This document shows positions 39,957 through 54,982 of a stretch of 64,000 nt of DNA, piece by piece. The notes beneath the pieces were generated by a model that saw only the letters and a program-made list of their open reading frames with translations, made no database searches and was not told the origin of the DNA. Made by a program: the position numbers and the translations under genes. This stretch comes from Paramecium tetraurelia (lineage: Eukaryota): positions 62,001-126,000 of the forward strand of contig CT868063.1 of NCBI GenBank assembly GCA_000165425.1, written 5' to 3'. Positions within the stretch are counted from its first letter, which is position 1. Each line of letters starts with the position of its first letter.

Positions 39957-41849
39957 TCATGGTTTGCATTTTTTTTAATATTAGACCTTTTTAACCCACA
40001 TCATTTATTTTTGGTTTTAGAACTAAGATTGTTCCTCCTATTGCAATTGAATTCCAGTGGCATCAAATTTTGCATTAATTCCTTATTAGTTATAATTGTT
40101 TGAAATGATCTAATACATTTATTTACTTCCAAATTTATTGAAATACTCTTGTCTGGCTGCCTATTTGACTTGTTCAAGATCAGCCACAATGTTCTTCACT
40201 TTCTCAGTCAACTATGGATTTTCCTACACTTTAGAAATCAGATTGCCAATCAAATTTATGGCTTACTAATTTTATCTATTTTGACACTTGTGAAGAGCAT
40301 CCTTGATAACCTCAGCTGATTCAACTCTGAAAACTTATTCAGTGACAAAACTTAACAATTATCAATAATAATGTACTAATCTTATTCTTCATTGATAAGT
40401 TAACTTTCATCAACGAATCTTATAACCAATTCAGCTTATTTCTCGATAGTCTCTCTGGTTTGGGAACTGGTAATTCGAGCTGATGCTTTGAACATAACCA
40501 CATTTTCTGATTGCACCTTAATAAATAATGATGAAACGATACATTGTTATTGATATAAGGGATGTTGAGTTAAAAAACAAAATCTCTTCTCTATCCTTCA
40601 GCAAGATAAGGAATCTTCAAATGTATAGTTTTATTCTGATAGTTCAGTTTTTCTTAACCATAGAATTTAGATAAAGATATAGCATCATAAGGATTTTGCA
40701 TTATGTTTTCCAAATTTATACTAATATCGGTTACCACCATTGAAGTCAGAGCACCTAATGCATCAACGAAAAACTCATCAAGCAGAGATATATTGTTAAC
40801 AAAGTAGAAACTACCCTTACCCAAATTAGAGATTTTAGTCATTAATTTAGCATCATGATCACTACCAAAACCAAAGGAGTGGATTGTAAGAGTTTATTTA
40901 TAATAGGCTAGTTGCTTTTAAAGTGAGGAAATTGCAGCCTCATCCTATCCATCAGACAATACGAAAATTGCAGTCACATTATTAACACTCTTTCGGTATT
41001 TAATTTGTTTTAAGGCCATTTGAGTACCTAAACCAATTACTGTACCACCATTTGCATATATTTTTGAAATGATATCTGAATAATACGTTTTGTTCTCATC
41101 AGTCACTCTTCTCAAATTAGTCAATCGCTAACAAGTGTCATCAAATTATATTAAACACAATCGATCCTTAGGTCCCAAGAAATTTAACAAGATGTTCAAG
41201 GTTTATTTTACCATCTCTATCTTCTCTCCACTCATACTGCCACTTCTATCAATTACACACAGCTAAAATATATATCTAGATATATTACTAAATCCACTCC
41301 CACTTTTGAATGTTGCTATTAATCCATGTTAAATTGGTTTTATGCATCTCCTTCTATCTATTAAGGAACTTAAGGCTAATGCACTTCTTTAGCTTTGATA
41401 CCCACCAAACATGAGAGTGCTTTCCTATCATTGAATCTCAGAGTCTTGTATTCAGATGTCAAATAAAATTCAATATTTTCATTGATGTTATAAGCCTGAG
41501 TATCTTGGAATTATTATTGTTGTTAAATTTAATCCATATCCAGATTTTCATCATCATCAAACTAAATTTATTTGGCATATTTATCATCGATATCATCTTG
41601 TTCTACATAATCAGCTGTCTACTACTAAGTTTAGGCTTATTATTGAGATTATTGTTATTACTATTGTTTTATTTTTTATTATTTCTTCTTATTGAGAGTA
41701 GCTATATTTTCATACTTCCCTTCTCTCACCTTAACACCAAAGTAATCTAATTCTAAGTTGCCATTTTTGTTGCTCTAAGCCACAGTTTCCAAGACCTAAG
41801 CTAATTGATTGGGAACAAATATTTCATTTAAAACCTCTTATTGTATCAT
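39957..41849 (-). CDS. von Willebrand factor A domain protein
   Basis: CVIDRSGSMSGEK, DRLCLIQF, GGT, FVLSDGQD, IHSFGFGSDHD, GSFYFV. Confidence 0.9.
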
Positions 41850-41899
41850 GATATTTATATAATTTTATTATGAATATTTATTAAGGATTATCATTTCTC

Positions 41900-43394
41900 T
41901 CAAAAAATATTGCAGGCCTCACATCCTCCAGTCTTCGTTTGGACAATTTCTGTTGGTGGTTATTGTTGTCTAAAATGAGATAAAAAACTGTAAATTACAA
42001 GTCTATCTACTCATCTTATGGTGTTTGTTTCACTTCAATCACATTGACTTTTTATTGATTTTGTTATTGTTACTCCTCTACTACAACCTATTAAACTTTC
42101 ATTTATTGGTTGTCTTAATTTTCAATCTTCTCATGTTAAATAGTTTGTACTATTTATGGAACATATTACTAAAAATAGATTAACTGGTTTTACTTGATCG
42201 TAACTTTTAGAGAAATCTAAATTGCTAAAGCTTTGCTCTATTTGCTCTGTAAATTTATCATTTAAAATTTAGGCTTGTTGATAGCTGTGGATTTTCTTGA
42301 CCATAGCATCGTACATGAATTGATAGCCTTTATGAATGGTGTCTAAGAAGGTTATTCTATCCTTTAGGATTTAGGCCTTGTCTTAATTTTTGTTGGTCTC
42401 TGATTATATTTATTGTTTCTCATTAGCAAGCTACTATAAATTTTTAAATATAACTTATTGCAACAATTTCTCATTATTGTGAATCAATTTGGAATGTCTC
42501 TCAACCTCTATCATCAAATCCACAATCTTAAAGAAACTGGCAATTTAGGTTTTGATTGCAGGTGTCAAGATCTCTGCTGCTAAAATCTATTCCCTTTGTT
42601 TCAATAAATTTTGGGTTCTTTCAAACTCATCTTTTTTCATGTCCACAGCTTTGACTCTTCCCAATCTATCCTTGAAGTCTTGAGCACCTTCTGCATTCTC
42701 AAACACTTATCCCTAAAAAGATATTTCAATTCTATATATATACTTTGAAATTGTTCCAATAATAACTTGAGGCTGGTTCCTTATAAATCACAACCAAAGA
42801 CCAGATCCACAATTCGTTGACAGGACTCTCCTTATCTTTGTTCTTGATGTTCAATTGCTCTATAAAATTGGAATGGTATTTTTACTTAAATCATTAATAT
42901 TCAATCCATTGGCTTCATCTTATCTCATTTTGTTCAGCTTTACAATAGTCTTCTTGGTCTCCTAAATCTCGTTTTGAAGTTATTTTTCATCATGTTGTGG
43001 AACTATTGCCTTTAATCTAGCAATTTCCTCTTGTGATATTTTTAGGTCTGCTTCAATCTAACAGATATATTCATGATAATTACTTATTATTTTTATTCTC
43101 TGTTCACTTGTAGATGTTATAGGAGCCTATTATTCTCAGTTGTTAATGTCTCAATAATATTTTAAAGTGTAGATTTCTAAAAATCACTCATTTGATTACT
43201 TCGCCTGCAAAGTACTCCTTATCTTAATGTAAGGAATCTCTAACAAATTTTTCAAGGGCATTTATACGATTCGATGTGAACTTCACTGCAGCTGCCTAAT
43301 CACCGTGTTCTGGATTCACTTCCTTAAGCTACTATATTTAGAGGTTCTGATTTCATATAAAGACAATTACTTTTAGATTATCAAGTTTGCTCAT
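41900..43394 (-). CDS. coiled-coil protein with C-terminal CaaX motif
   Basis: Multi-intron coiled-coil frame ending GGCEACNIF-TGA. Confidence 0.7.
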
Positions 43395-43410
43395 AAATTA
43401 TTAATATTTA

Positions 43411-44240
43411 TCATTTTTAATTATTCCAGGATATATAGATGTCACCCAATGACATCAAATCATTATCCCGATTATCATCTCCCCTAATTAACTATCTGTG
43501 TTATTTATCTTAAGTATTATTGCGATTTCATTATTCAAATCGTGTTAAATTGAAATTTCTATATTTAGAATTTTACAATCCACCTCCACTCCCAATATCC
43601 TCTTTCTTTGACTTTACCCTCCAATACCATTCCAACTAAAGTAGACATCTCTCTGTCAACTTGTTGTCTCTAACTTCTCATCAAATCAACCACCAAAGGG
43701 ATGTTTGAATAAAATCCCAAATTTTTACTATTGTAATCATCAATATCACCAAAGCACTCATGAAAACTATCTTAAATGGCCTCAAACTCATTTATGATGT
43801 AGATTTATCTAATATAATTAAATTAATGGATCTAGTCACTTACCTTTGGTCCCTGTAATTATTGTTTCACACTTTAAAAAGAAGTGAGGTCTTGTTTTTT
43901 CCAACTCGTTGAGGGGAAGCAATACGATTATCTGAAATGATAATTTTGTTAGAAATCTAAAATTATCCATCAGATCTTGAAGACTTGCATATGTACACTT
44001 ACTCTTAAACGAGTTAGAAGACGATTATATGATTCTTTACCAAAAAAATTTGGTTTGTTATTAGAATTTTTAAAATATATTATGGAAGTGAGATTTAATT
44101 ATAATAACTTATACTTAATTGCAACGAAAGAATATGGAAACAATCTTTATTATTTTGGTTAAAAATTTAGAATGCTAATATAATAGATTATTCATTAAAA
44201 GATACATAAAGTTTTTAAAAAAGAAAGTTGGAATACATAA
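43411..44240 (-). CDS. hypothetical protein (exon structure unresolved)
   Basis: Coding-like stretches (YIINEFEAIQDSFHECFGDIDDY) and GTAAG intron donors; ends not resolved. Confidence 0.35.
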
Positions 44241-44263
44241 AATAACTATTGTTTGTATCTATA

Positions 44264-46527
44264 TCATTTTGTAATATTTAACAGAGATATTTTATTTTTT
44301 CCCATTTATCCTGTTAACAGTCTTCTCCTCTTAATCAAATGCAGGGCTAATTACACTTAATCTTTAATTAATAGTATAAATATTTACCTGATTTCAAATA
44401 ATACCATATTAATAAATTTAGAATGGGCACTGGAATTACCTGATTAATTTAGTTTATCACAATTTCACAACAATTCATCAATGATTATATAGAGTTCCAA
44501 GCCTATGGCAAATTATTATTGTGCAAATATAATGCCGCATAATTAAAGTGATTTATAGCCTTAGGACTATAATTGGAAAAGCAAGAGGTTTGTATTCCAA
44601 TAACATTCCTGCATTAAAATTACAAATTGCTGTTGATAATTTTGTTTAAGAAAGTGGCAATCGCATTACTATTCAAAAAAGTATTGGCTTCCTTAAACTT
44701 CTATGTTGAAATGTAGGCTTCCAAAACATATTATATTATCTTGTATTTATTGTTCTCAGACAAGTTGTATTCCAATGCCTCCTTTCCTTATTGCAAGGCT
44801 AAATTATAATCTCCTCTACAAAGCAATGTATACGTCAAAAATACAATGGAAGATTCAAATAATTGTGAACCTGCAATTTACAATTATTCCTAATCTAACT
44901 GAATGAGTTCTTCCCTCTTCTCTTTCTTAGATAAAATAATAGCATTACGGAACGATCTTTAATAGATTTTATTTATCATACTTAATAGCATTATTTAACA
45001 ATTCCTTTATAGCCTTTGGCTACACCAATTTGTTTTCTTCACTCTTTTAATCTATTTTATAGAACTAATCCTAGCACTCCTCATCAGCATCACTATAGAT
45101 TTCTCTGCTTTAAAGTATAATTTTCTTTTCATCATCCTAAGTATTAATTTGAGATTGCTCCTCTGATATTTCATAAATCTCATTCTTTTCAGGAATTGAT
45201 TCATGATATAATTGTATATGACAGACACCTCTATTGTACCAAAACTTTGCACTTTAATTACAAGCATCTTATAATTGATTGTATAAGTTTAGAGCCTTTT
45301 AATATTTTTAATCCATAAACAATGCATCAGCTAAATTCTGATAGATAGCAAATTATCTTTGTTTAATATTGGTCTAAATTATGTTTTCATACAGATTTGC
45401 TGATTACAAGACCTACTTTGTTTAGGAAATGGCCTTATGGAAATATATAGCAGCTAAGGCATACTTGCCAATCTTTGCATGCACACATCCTAAATTATTA
45501 TAAATTTAAGCAGAATAAAGGTATTATTTATTCTAGATAAATTCTAAATTCTATTAATTTTGAATTTCCGCCTGTGGATTGATCATTTTAATACAGGTTG
45601 CTACATTTTCATTCAGTGATGAAAGTTTTTGAGCTTTCAATTACTTGACAATCATTTATGCATGCAATTTCAAGTATGCTTGAATTTCATATGAAAATTA
45701 GGGTGATTATTATTATTACATTCCTGGTTGCTAATCTAATTAAAATATGTAGTTTTTAAAGGATTATTCTAAATTTGCCAATTGTTACTTCCAATCCTTC
45801 AGGTTTTAAAACAAGTAAAATCGAAATTTTATTACATTTAAAATGAATAAAAACTCTTCCTTACTAAATGTGTTAGGGTGTGCATCAGGATATGGCAAAT
45901 CTGAACCCAATAATAAGGAGGTATATATTAATTGTGATTGTTGTTATTGATCATCTGCTTGATTGGGCTTGTGACTTTTATTTTATAATGATTGAATTGT
46001 GTCTTCCGATGATAATTTCTTATACAGTTCACTTGCATACACATATTCTTATAATTAGAATGAAGTTTCGACTAAAAGCAAATGCACCTTAATATTTAAG
46101 TAGATGTCCAAATTATAGTTGTCTTTCAATTATTTCAGTAGGTTATGGGCCTATCTTACTTTTCCACTCAAGAAGAGCAGGACTGCTTTGTTGAATTATA
46201 GAATGCTGTCATCTTCTTGTTTCTTCTCTAATAATAGGTAATTCATGAAAATTATTACTTTTTTGAGTTTAAGGCTTTTTAATTTCGTCTATAATTTCAT
46301 CAAGTTTAGCAATACAAACATTCACATCTTTGGTTATATTGTATTCGCAAAGGATGATATTTTCATTAATCTGCACCATAGACTAATTTTGATCAGATTG
46401 TTCCTTTAATTGCTTAAATTTCTGCAATTCCCTACACTTAAATAGTTGATTACTCCATTGACTCTTTGTAATGGCCCATTCCAAAATGTTTAAAGGAATT
46501 TTATAAGATTGTGAAAGACTATGCCAT
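44264..46527 (-). CDS. CNOT10: CCR4-NOT complex subunit 10-like (TPR)
   Basis: QFNKAVLLF, NNLGCVHAKIGKYALAAIYFHKA, KFWYNRGVCHI, C-terminal ALHLIKRRR. Confidence 0.75.
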
Positions 46528-46819
46528 AAATTATAAACAAAATATATCAATTTCTATTTATCAATTAAAATCTGAGTTCCTATTATTATATATACCTTCT
46601 CTAAAGCATGTAGTCACAATTTAATAAAATTCAGATGCACAACATTATTGAATCATTTTTGACATTACTATGAAATTTATAGAAGGTAATCCTCATATTT
46701 AAGAGTAGGATCTTGACTTTAATTTAGATTCTGATGCAAAGTCGTATTAAAAATATTGAGAGATGTGAGAACAACGTAACATTTATACTTATTTTATTTT
46801 ATTATGAATTGATTATCTC

Positions 46820-47228
46820 TCACATAGTTTATTGAGGCTATTCAAATTACCCCTTAACAACTCTAGGCACTTCTAATTTAACTTCAATAACTCTTTTAAT
46901 CAACATGTCAACCACAGCTAATTTGTTGGCTTCATAATCAGCATAAATCTTATCTATTTCAGATTTTGTCTTTCTCTCTAATTCTTCTTCTTCCTTTGTT
47001 GATCCAAAACGCTATAAGTCTAAATTTTTAATTTACTCTTAGAATTTCTTAGTTGTATCTAGTTTCTTCTTCTCTACGGAATACAGCAATTTCTTAATCA
47101 GCTGCAACCTTAGCCTCTTTAATTTTCTTTTCCCTCTCCTTTTAAGCATTCTTAATGATGGCATTAGCCTCTTCTTCAGCCTTGAGTAATTCGTCGACAG
47201 CCCAATTTTCTCTTCCAGAATCAGCCAT
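46820..47228 (-). CDS. ATP6V1G: V-type H+-ATPase subunit G
   Basis: AVDELLKAEEEANAIIKNAQKEREKKIKEAK...EIAVFR...AVVDMLIKRVIEV; one 25-nt intron. Confidence 0.9.
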
Positions 47229-47302
47229 ATGTGGATAATATAATTTATTTATTAAATGATTTAACGAAGCATCATGTTCTTATATTGTATTCTAATTCAT
47301 AA

Positions 47303-48928
47303 TCATAGCTATTCTGAATCTCCTCCATCATATTCTGTTGCTTCAACTTAATTATTTTAAAGTAATTTACTTTTAGGAATATTCGCCATCTCTATATTTA
47401 ATTCATTAATTAATTCCTGCTGGCTTTCTTCATAGTAATTTAGTGAATTAGCATCTTCCGATAAATCATCCTATACATCCTCGTATTCAACATAATCATA
47501 GTCATTTAAATCCATCTCTTGATCTTCTTGATTGGTGATATTGGACTCATCCAAAGTTTAGTGCAATTACACAAATGAAGCCTCTGTATCTTTTGGTATT
47601 GGAGTACAAGAATATTTCTTTTGATCAGATTCCTTGGCTTTCTCAACAACAGACACAATTTGATTGAAAAGTTCTTCTGGAGCTTTGTTGGTAATGATCA
47701 TAAAATAATAGATTGATTTCACCTTCTGAATTCCGTTTAATTCATCATACACTAACAATTTCATTCAATATCATACTTTCTGGAGTTTGGGTTCTCAATT
47801 TCCTTTTGATCCCACTGCTTGTAGGTTCAATAATTAGAGCACTATAAAGTTTTGAACTACCAATTTTGACTGCTTAAAATGCACCACTGTATCCTTGTGA
47901 ATGAAAATCATAATCTTGTACATTACATTTCAATGCCAACTGAGCTGTTATTGAGACGAATTTTTAATTGTTAGGTTAAATGGTTGTAAGAAGCATTCCA
48001 TTATTAGGTTTATCTAGATATCTAAAATTCTTATCAGTTTGAAGAAATGGTACTATTAAAATCAAACACACTCTTTACTTTTTGTAAATAATAGTTTTGA
48101 TTGACCTCCTTCTGAATAAGCACATTATTTTTTAGTGCATGTAATTTTATTAGCAGGTAAGTCAGATAATAATTTGCCCAAATTTTCTAATGATGGAGGC
48201 TTGCAGAAAAATTGATCGCACTTTTCTAAGGAATATCATTTTCTTATTACTTCCATTTTGAATGTCATCCAATATAGTTTTCACTCCTTCAAGGAAACTG
48301 TCATCGGCTGTAAAATCGGAAATAGTTCCTGTCTCCAAAGTAGCGAAAACTATGTTTACGAATTTTTTTGCAAATTGTAATCCAGTGAACTCTTATAGTT
48401 ACAAAATTTTACTGATTGCATAGTTTCCTTCTCCTCTTTAAATAATTCTCGCTTCATTTCTTTTTTGTCACTCATAGTTATCTAATGAATCGCATATTTT
48501 TTCTATCCCTCTATTGTTGTCTTTAAATAGAAGACCTATGGAATCTGAGCTACTTTATAACTTCTCTTCAAGCTTGTCTTAATGTAAGTTTGAATGATGT
48601 TTTCTTGAGATTTCTCAATTATAAAAGTATATATTCCATTTTAAATAGAGCTATAATGAATAGAATTCGTTCCAAAATAATCCTTCCCCTCCTTCAAACT
48701 ATCCATTGTTTGTTTATGTGTTTTGTGAGAAAACCTAACATCGCCTTCAAATGTTATGTATCGTTCTTTGCTTGCATCGACTGGCATTGGATCGCCTCCA
48801 ATTAATCCAATTAGTTCAACATTTGCACAGTTGTAGACTTGCCCTCTAGCATCCTCTGGTGAGACTACAGCGCTTCCATTTTCAATAATAAATAGTAGCA
48901 ATACTAGAACCGTTTTAATTAAATACAT
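47303..48928 (-). CDS. secreted uncharacterised protein with acidic C-terminus
   Basis: Signal MYLIKTVLVLLLFII; track ORFs 48641-48928 and 47567-47764 join via TAA=Gln and short introns. Confidence 0.7.
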
Positions 48929-48964
48929 AATAAATTAATATTACTTAGAACTAGAATTTCATGT

Positions 48965-50512
48965 TCACTTTGAGAATTTCAAATCAAACTCATTCTTTCG
49001 CAAAAAGAGTTCTATTTCAAGAAGACTTATTTAAATAGATGCTAGATTAATTCAAATTATTTTATTTATCTCAAAGAAATCATATTGGTTGATTATTTCC
49101 TCTGGTATCTTTTCACCGGATGCGATTTAGGTTCTCTCTTCAACAGATAAAATGCTTACATCTTCATCATTCATTTAAAATTAGCCATCAGACGAGTATT
49201 CTGATTTCGAATTAAAATCCTGAAATAATTCTAAATCTTAAACGAAACCCATTCTTATGCCTATTTAATGAGTCTTCCTAATCACATCCCTCGATTGACT
49301 AGATCTAATTAGAAAATATAGTCTAGATATTTCATATAAGAGGTTTAAATAACTCATTTTATTCTATATTTTTTCGACTATTTTATTATAAAACTATTGA
49401 AACTAATTTACATCCACAAACTTATCCCCTATCTTCACCTTATTTATCTAAAATTTCCAATTTCTAAAAATTTTGACGTTTTTAAATTGAGGATAATAAA
49501 TCCTAATAATTGAATGTATTAAGTTCTCCTGTAAGAAATGTTGATTCAACAAAATAATGATATACTTGATCATAAACAGTAGTGAAACTATAGACCCTAT
49601 ATTTGCCAATAGATCTCCTGCATGAGGATATTCAAATATGGTTTTAATCTAATTAGCCTACATTGTTAGATAAACTACTCCTAGAGCATCATTCCCATAA
49701 GCTAATTTGCAATAATTAAATGTGTTTGTTTAAGTTTGAATGAATGCGCCGTTTATATATTCCTAAATTTTTGGTGATCCAAAGAGAAAGTAATCTCTAA
49801 CTTCGTAAAGGTTGCTTTAAAGAAAAATGTTTAGGGTGTAACAATTACTTGGTTCTACTTGAAAATAGTATTCCTAAGTGCTTGTTTTCGTTTCCCCATT
49901 ATTAGAATCTATTGATTTATATGTAACTTCCGTTGTGATTACATTAAATGGTTGAGAAAAAAATTAATCAGATTTTTCTTAATCGGCACACTATTCCCCA
50001 TCTTCTAAATATTCTTATTAGCATTTTATAAACAAAATCGTAGCATCAGATGAGATGTATAAGTTTCCATTCTGATATTCCTCGCCAAAATGTAGCTTCG
50101 GCAAAAAATACTTATTTCCATCTGATGTTGTCTCAATTGACATTTTAATTACTTTGCTCGAGATAGATCCATCATAATTCATAAAAGACAATACTGGCAA
50201 TAGAACCCTTTCTTCAAACGGATCAATATAGGTGGCATCGAGTTTCCAGAAATAAATTCTTACAATATCATAGTTGAAATCAATCAGATTGAAATCTGAA
50301 ATGTATAAAGAGTGAGATATTTTTGGGCTGAATTAATTCGTTTACCATTAATATAGTATCCAGGTTGTATATGCCAAACTCGCTGAAAATATAATCAATG
50401 TTATTAATCCCCCAATAGCACTTCTGTAAATGGATTGCTTTTCACTTATTTATTGAACAAAAGGAGTCCCAAAGAAATCTGCATTACGTAGAAAGTTATT
50501 AGCAATTTTCAT
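48965..50512 (-). CDS. ciliate two-TM membrane protein with large extracellular loop
   Basis: DFFGTPF...SAIGGLIT + TM1; EILANIGSIVSLLFM TM2. Confidence 0.75.
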
Positions 50513-51712
50513 AATATCTCTTCAATTTAATTAATTGACTAAATTTCAATAACTACCCTTGATTATACATAGTCATTTTTATCAAGAGGACTGGGCTTGC
50601 TATAAGACTTTTTTATATATCACATAAAAAATGAACAGTGAATATGTATAACCTCAAAAAACCAGATTTTTTAAATCAAATTTTGTTAAATAAACTTAAA
50701 ACATAATTCAAAAGCAATTTAAGTTTCAATTTCTTTAAATTTTAATATAATATACATTTTAAAGTATAGTAGAACAATGTAGATTGGAGCTCACTTAATA
50801 AAATCTACATATTAATATTCATTAATTAATTTTGGGTTATTAAAATAAAAATTAAGTTATAAAATTATAAGTTAATTTGTGCTTTCCAAACTAATTGGAT
50901 TTCTAAAAATATTTATTTTATGGAATAATCTCCATGAAATCTTAGTTAATGTTAAAGTAAAGTAATCAAAAATAATTTAATAAATAATAAAATTGGGGAA
51001 ATAAGATATAATAAATTTTTTATTAACCTTCAAATCCTGATTTCATTTAAGCAAAAGTAAAAAAATTCAAATAGATCATAATTTTAGGAAAAAAAAAATA
51101 TACATCCTTAAATATCATTATATAATCAAAGTTGCGAATAAATATTCGAGAATAAATAATTAATAATTTTGATTTATAATAAATTATTATTTTCAGATAT
51201 AGGTTTAAGGTTGAAACTTCAGGTTAAAGATTTTCCTTTCATCTAAATCCTTATTTTTTTAAAGTAAAAATGTTTCAACATATTTTTATCTTTATGTTTT
51301 AAGTCTGATGTCAATAATGAATTTTTGATTAATTAGATAGCTATTTACTTGATATAAACTCAAAACAATATTTATAATAAGTTGGCAAATGAGAAAATTT
51401 CTTGATAAATCCCTATTTTTAGAATCATACTAAATTTTCTCATGATGAAAATAAAAGGTATTGTTTCAAACTCAATCTGAATGCATGTTTAATTCAATTT
51501 ATTCAATAATACTATTCAATATATTTTTTCTTCATTATGTATTTATTTTACACATTTTAGTTATTTATATCTAAGTTTTGAATATATAATAAGCTGCTTT
51601 AATTAGCTATATAAGAATTAAAATGAAATGGATTAATGCAAAAAAATTGTAATATTGGAGTAAAGGAGCCTATTATTGATTAATTATTTTTTTGTTCAGA
51701 AAAAATTATAAA

Positions 51713-54700
51713 ATGAAATAATTGATCCCAAGCCATAAAGCTTAATCTCTTATCAGAATTACACAGACTGGATGCTCCAAACAATCCCCAATCAAGAGTA
51801 GGTCGAATTAAAGAAATCAGAGTTTGCCTGGATTTCCCACCTAGTAAATCGATAAGGAAGAAGATGAAGAAGTAAGTGGTATGTTAATTTAGACAAAAGA
51901 AATAAACAAATTAGTGTAAGATTAAGAACTATGCTCATTGGAATAAATATTAGATAAAGGGAGATCATATTTGATTGATAACCAACATCAAGTGTTTGAT
52001 AATAATTTGCAACTGATTAAACCAAATCTACCTAATGCTAGTGAATAGGGATTGAGAAGGTATTATCTGAAGTCTGAACGATATAAGGAGATGTAGTAAT
52101 TTTATCATGTTGATAAAAATATATACGGAAGAATGAATGAAAAGATATAAACAGAGAGACTGATGCCAAGAACATTAAAGTTATTGGCAGACTCTCCTGA
52201 TAAACTAGTAGCCAATAATATATTTGGAAGTGATAAATACGTATAATTATTTGCTGAAGGGATCAGCAGCTCTCATTTTAACAATTTAAAGCGATTACAA
52301 TTAAGAAATAACAAGCTAAACAATAATCGAACTTGCTTATTAACTCAGAGGCTCCCTAGTTCTATAATAGAGTTAGATTTCAGTAATAATAAAATTGGTA
52401 CATCTGGAATATAGAGCATTTGTAATTATATATCCTCTAGAAATTATAACATTCAGCATTTGAATCTGGAGGATAATAATCTTAAGGATCTCGCTGTTCT
52501 TACTATTTTAAAAACATTGAATGACAGCAAGTCAATTCGAGTTTTAAAGCTTTCTAAAAATTAGATTACTGATATACCAATGGACACATTAGGATAGCTA
52601 CTGAAGAAGGTATTAAATCAATCACATGATAGAATAATTCATTGCAAGAAGTTTATTTGCATTTCAATTAGATAAAAAATGCTGGAGGGTTGACAATCAT
52701 GAAAGGCTTGATAAAGAATTAATTTTTAAAAGTCTTAGACTTATCGTTTAACAAATTAGGACAAAACCAAGAATTCATCTCTGCATTGTCTGAGTAAGAT
52801 TTAGATTAGATTATAGCGTTTTGATAAAGCCGCATCCTGAGCTAACCCACTTAGACTTGTCATTCAATAGATTTAATGATGAAGATGCCATGGCCATACA
52901 TAAAGCCCTCTTATATAATCAATAATTATTTGGGTTTCATTTTTCTGGCAATCCTCATAATTATTATGTAAATCCTAGAGCCTTTTTGGTAAAGGAGGTT
53001 CAGTATGATGAGAATAAGTCAGATCCTAAACTCTTTAAGAGAATCAATAGTGTGAATTGTATAAATACAAAAACTAAAGAGAATTGTTGGATTTGTGAAG
53101 GTTGGGTAGAGATAGGATTTCATTATTCAGGAATTGAATATTAGCATCCAATCTTTTTGCATCTCGATTTTGAGTAGTATAGGCCTATCTTAATGAATCA
53201 ATAGGCTAATAGCTATTATCTGTAAAGAATGTGTCCTCCAAACAAGAAGATACATTACTTTTTTAGCAATCCTGTCTATGATGTGAGATTCGTGGCTAAG
53301 GATCAAAAGACTTTAACTCTTGATATCAACGAAGAGATAAGGAAAAAAGGCATTGAACTACAATATGCAGATGGTTCATCAGCATTAGTTTAGTTGTCTA
53401 TTGTGAATTATATACAATCAGGATAGAGTGGAAATATTATCGATTCTACAAAACATTACATGGCAAATATCACATGCAGACCAAGGGAATCAGAATCAAT
53501 TATTGATATTGATTTAAACAAAGCAAAAAAGAGAGTTTGGTCGTATGAAAACTCGATTTTCAAAGACTTTCAACCAGATACAGAGGGGCATCTTTTGGAT
53601 TGCTTTGAATTTGACTTTGAATGTGGGAAATTGATAAAGCATTTGCAGAACTAGTAGGAAAATGAGCAATTGAAAGATAAAATGAAGAAGATCTACAAGT
53701 ATATTATTGGGTGTTATCATTACTTCTGTGCTAAAACACTCAATTATGATCTTCCTTGTATCAATTTACAAAGCTTTTTGGATTTCATTTCACAAACTAG
53801 CATCCTTGAAAAATCATTGATGAATTCCCTAGATCTATAATTAACATTCCTATCCAGTTACGTAGTGATGAAACAAACCAATTATATTCATATCCAAGAA
53901 AAATGTTTAGTGAGATTCTAATTTGTTGAAATTATTGTGAGATTGGCAAAAGAACAATATATTAGAACAGGTTTAGCTAGTAATATGGCCGATGCCTTGG
54001 AAATGTTGTTTGAATAAGATGAAGTATTGTAATTCATGTAAAAATTTGGAATCTCCTAAGATTGGAGAGATACTCGTTATTGGACTGAATTGATGGACTA
54101 CACAATCAGAATTAAGATGCCTATTTTGGTTATACTATATGAGAATGGTTGTAAATAAACAATGAAGCATGGGAATAAATATATGACATTATCGGATTTT
54201 AAGTTATTTGTTGATTAATTTGAACTTCAAAAATACATTTCTGAAAAAGAACTGTATTTGATCTATCTATAGAGTATGCAAACCCAAAGAGATGAATTAA
54301 GAGAATCAAGGTTCTTGAAAATGGAGTTATTAGAATTCATAGAAGCCATAACTAGATTGGCAGAGAGAATTTCACCTGTGACGCCTATGTATGCTAAGAA
54401 ACACAGCAACTTAATAAATGATGTTTCAAGAAGAACCTTTCCTTTGTTTGTAAAATTTGAAGGAATCATCATAATTATGTATCAGAAGCTGAAGTCTCTA
54501 TTTTTAGAAATTCCTAATGTAGAAAAAGAAATCATTTATAAAACTGTCATAAAAACAGAGAAAGCAAGGAAGTTGGGAATCTATGGTATAAAATTAGTAT
54601 AATCATTAAATAGAAGAAGACAACAGTTCCGATGAGGAGAAAATAAAATCTATCAGAAATTTAAATCTTCTACCAGAAGAAGGATTATTACCTCCATCAT

Positions 54701-54957
54701 CATAGTCAATGGGGTGGAACAAACTCAGATAATGGGCTTCAAAATAGAAGAGAATTTCAATGGAATCCGCAAACATTTTAGAATAATTGGAAAAATATCA
54801 AGTTCAAGAAGATGAAATGTTTTAGAAATAAGGAGATGCTATATCTGGCTATGATAGATTCAAGATTACTCAAGAAAAGAAGAAAAGAGAAGAATATAAA
54901 AAAACTATCCTATACTAAGATCCTTAATTCAAATTCGAAGAAGAAGTGCCTAATTGA
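51713..54957 (+). CDS. RNI-like leucine-rich-repeat protein
   Basis: LDFSNNKIG, LNLEDNNLK, LKLSKNQIT, LDLSFN repeats; CWICEGWVE motif; ends EEEVPN-TGA. Confidence 0.85.
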
Positions 54958-54982
54958 AAATATACTTTTTTATTTAATAATT

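Noticed and set aside
51442..51480. ATGATGA...CTGA box C/D-like pair
   Set aside because: Only ~40 nt long, no recognisable guide sequence; expected by chance
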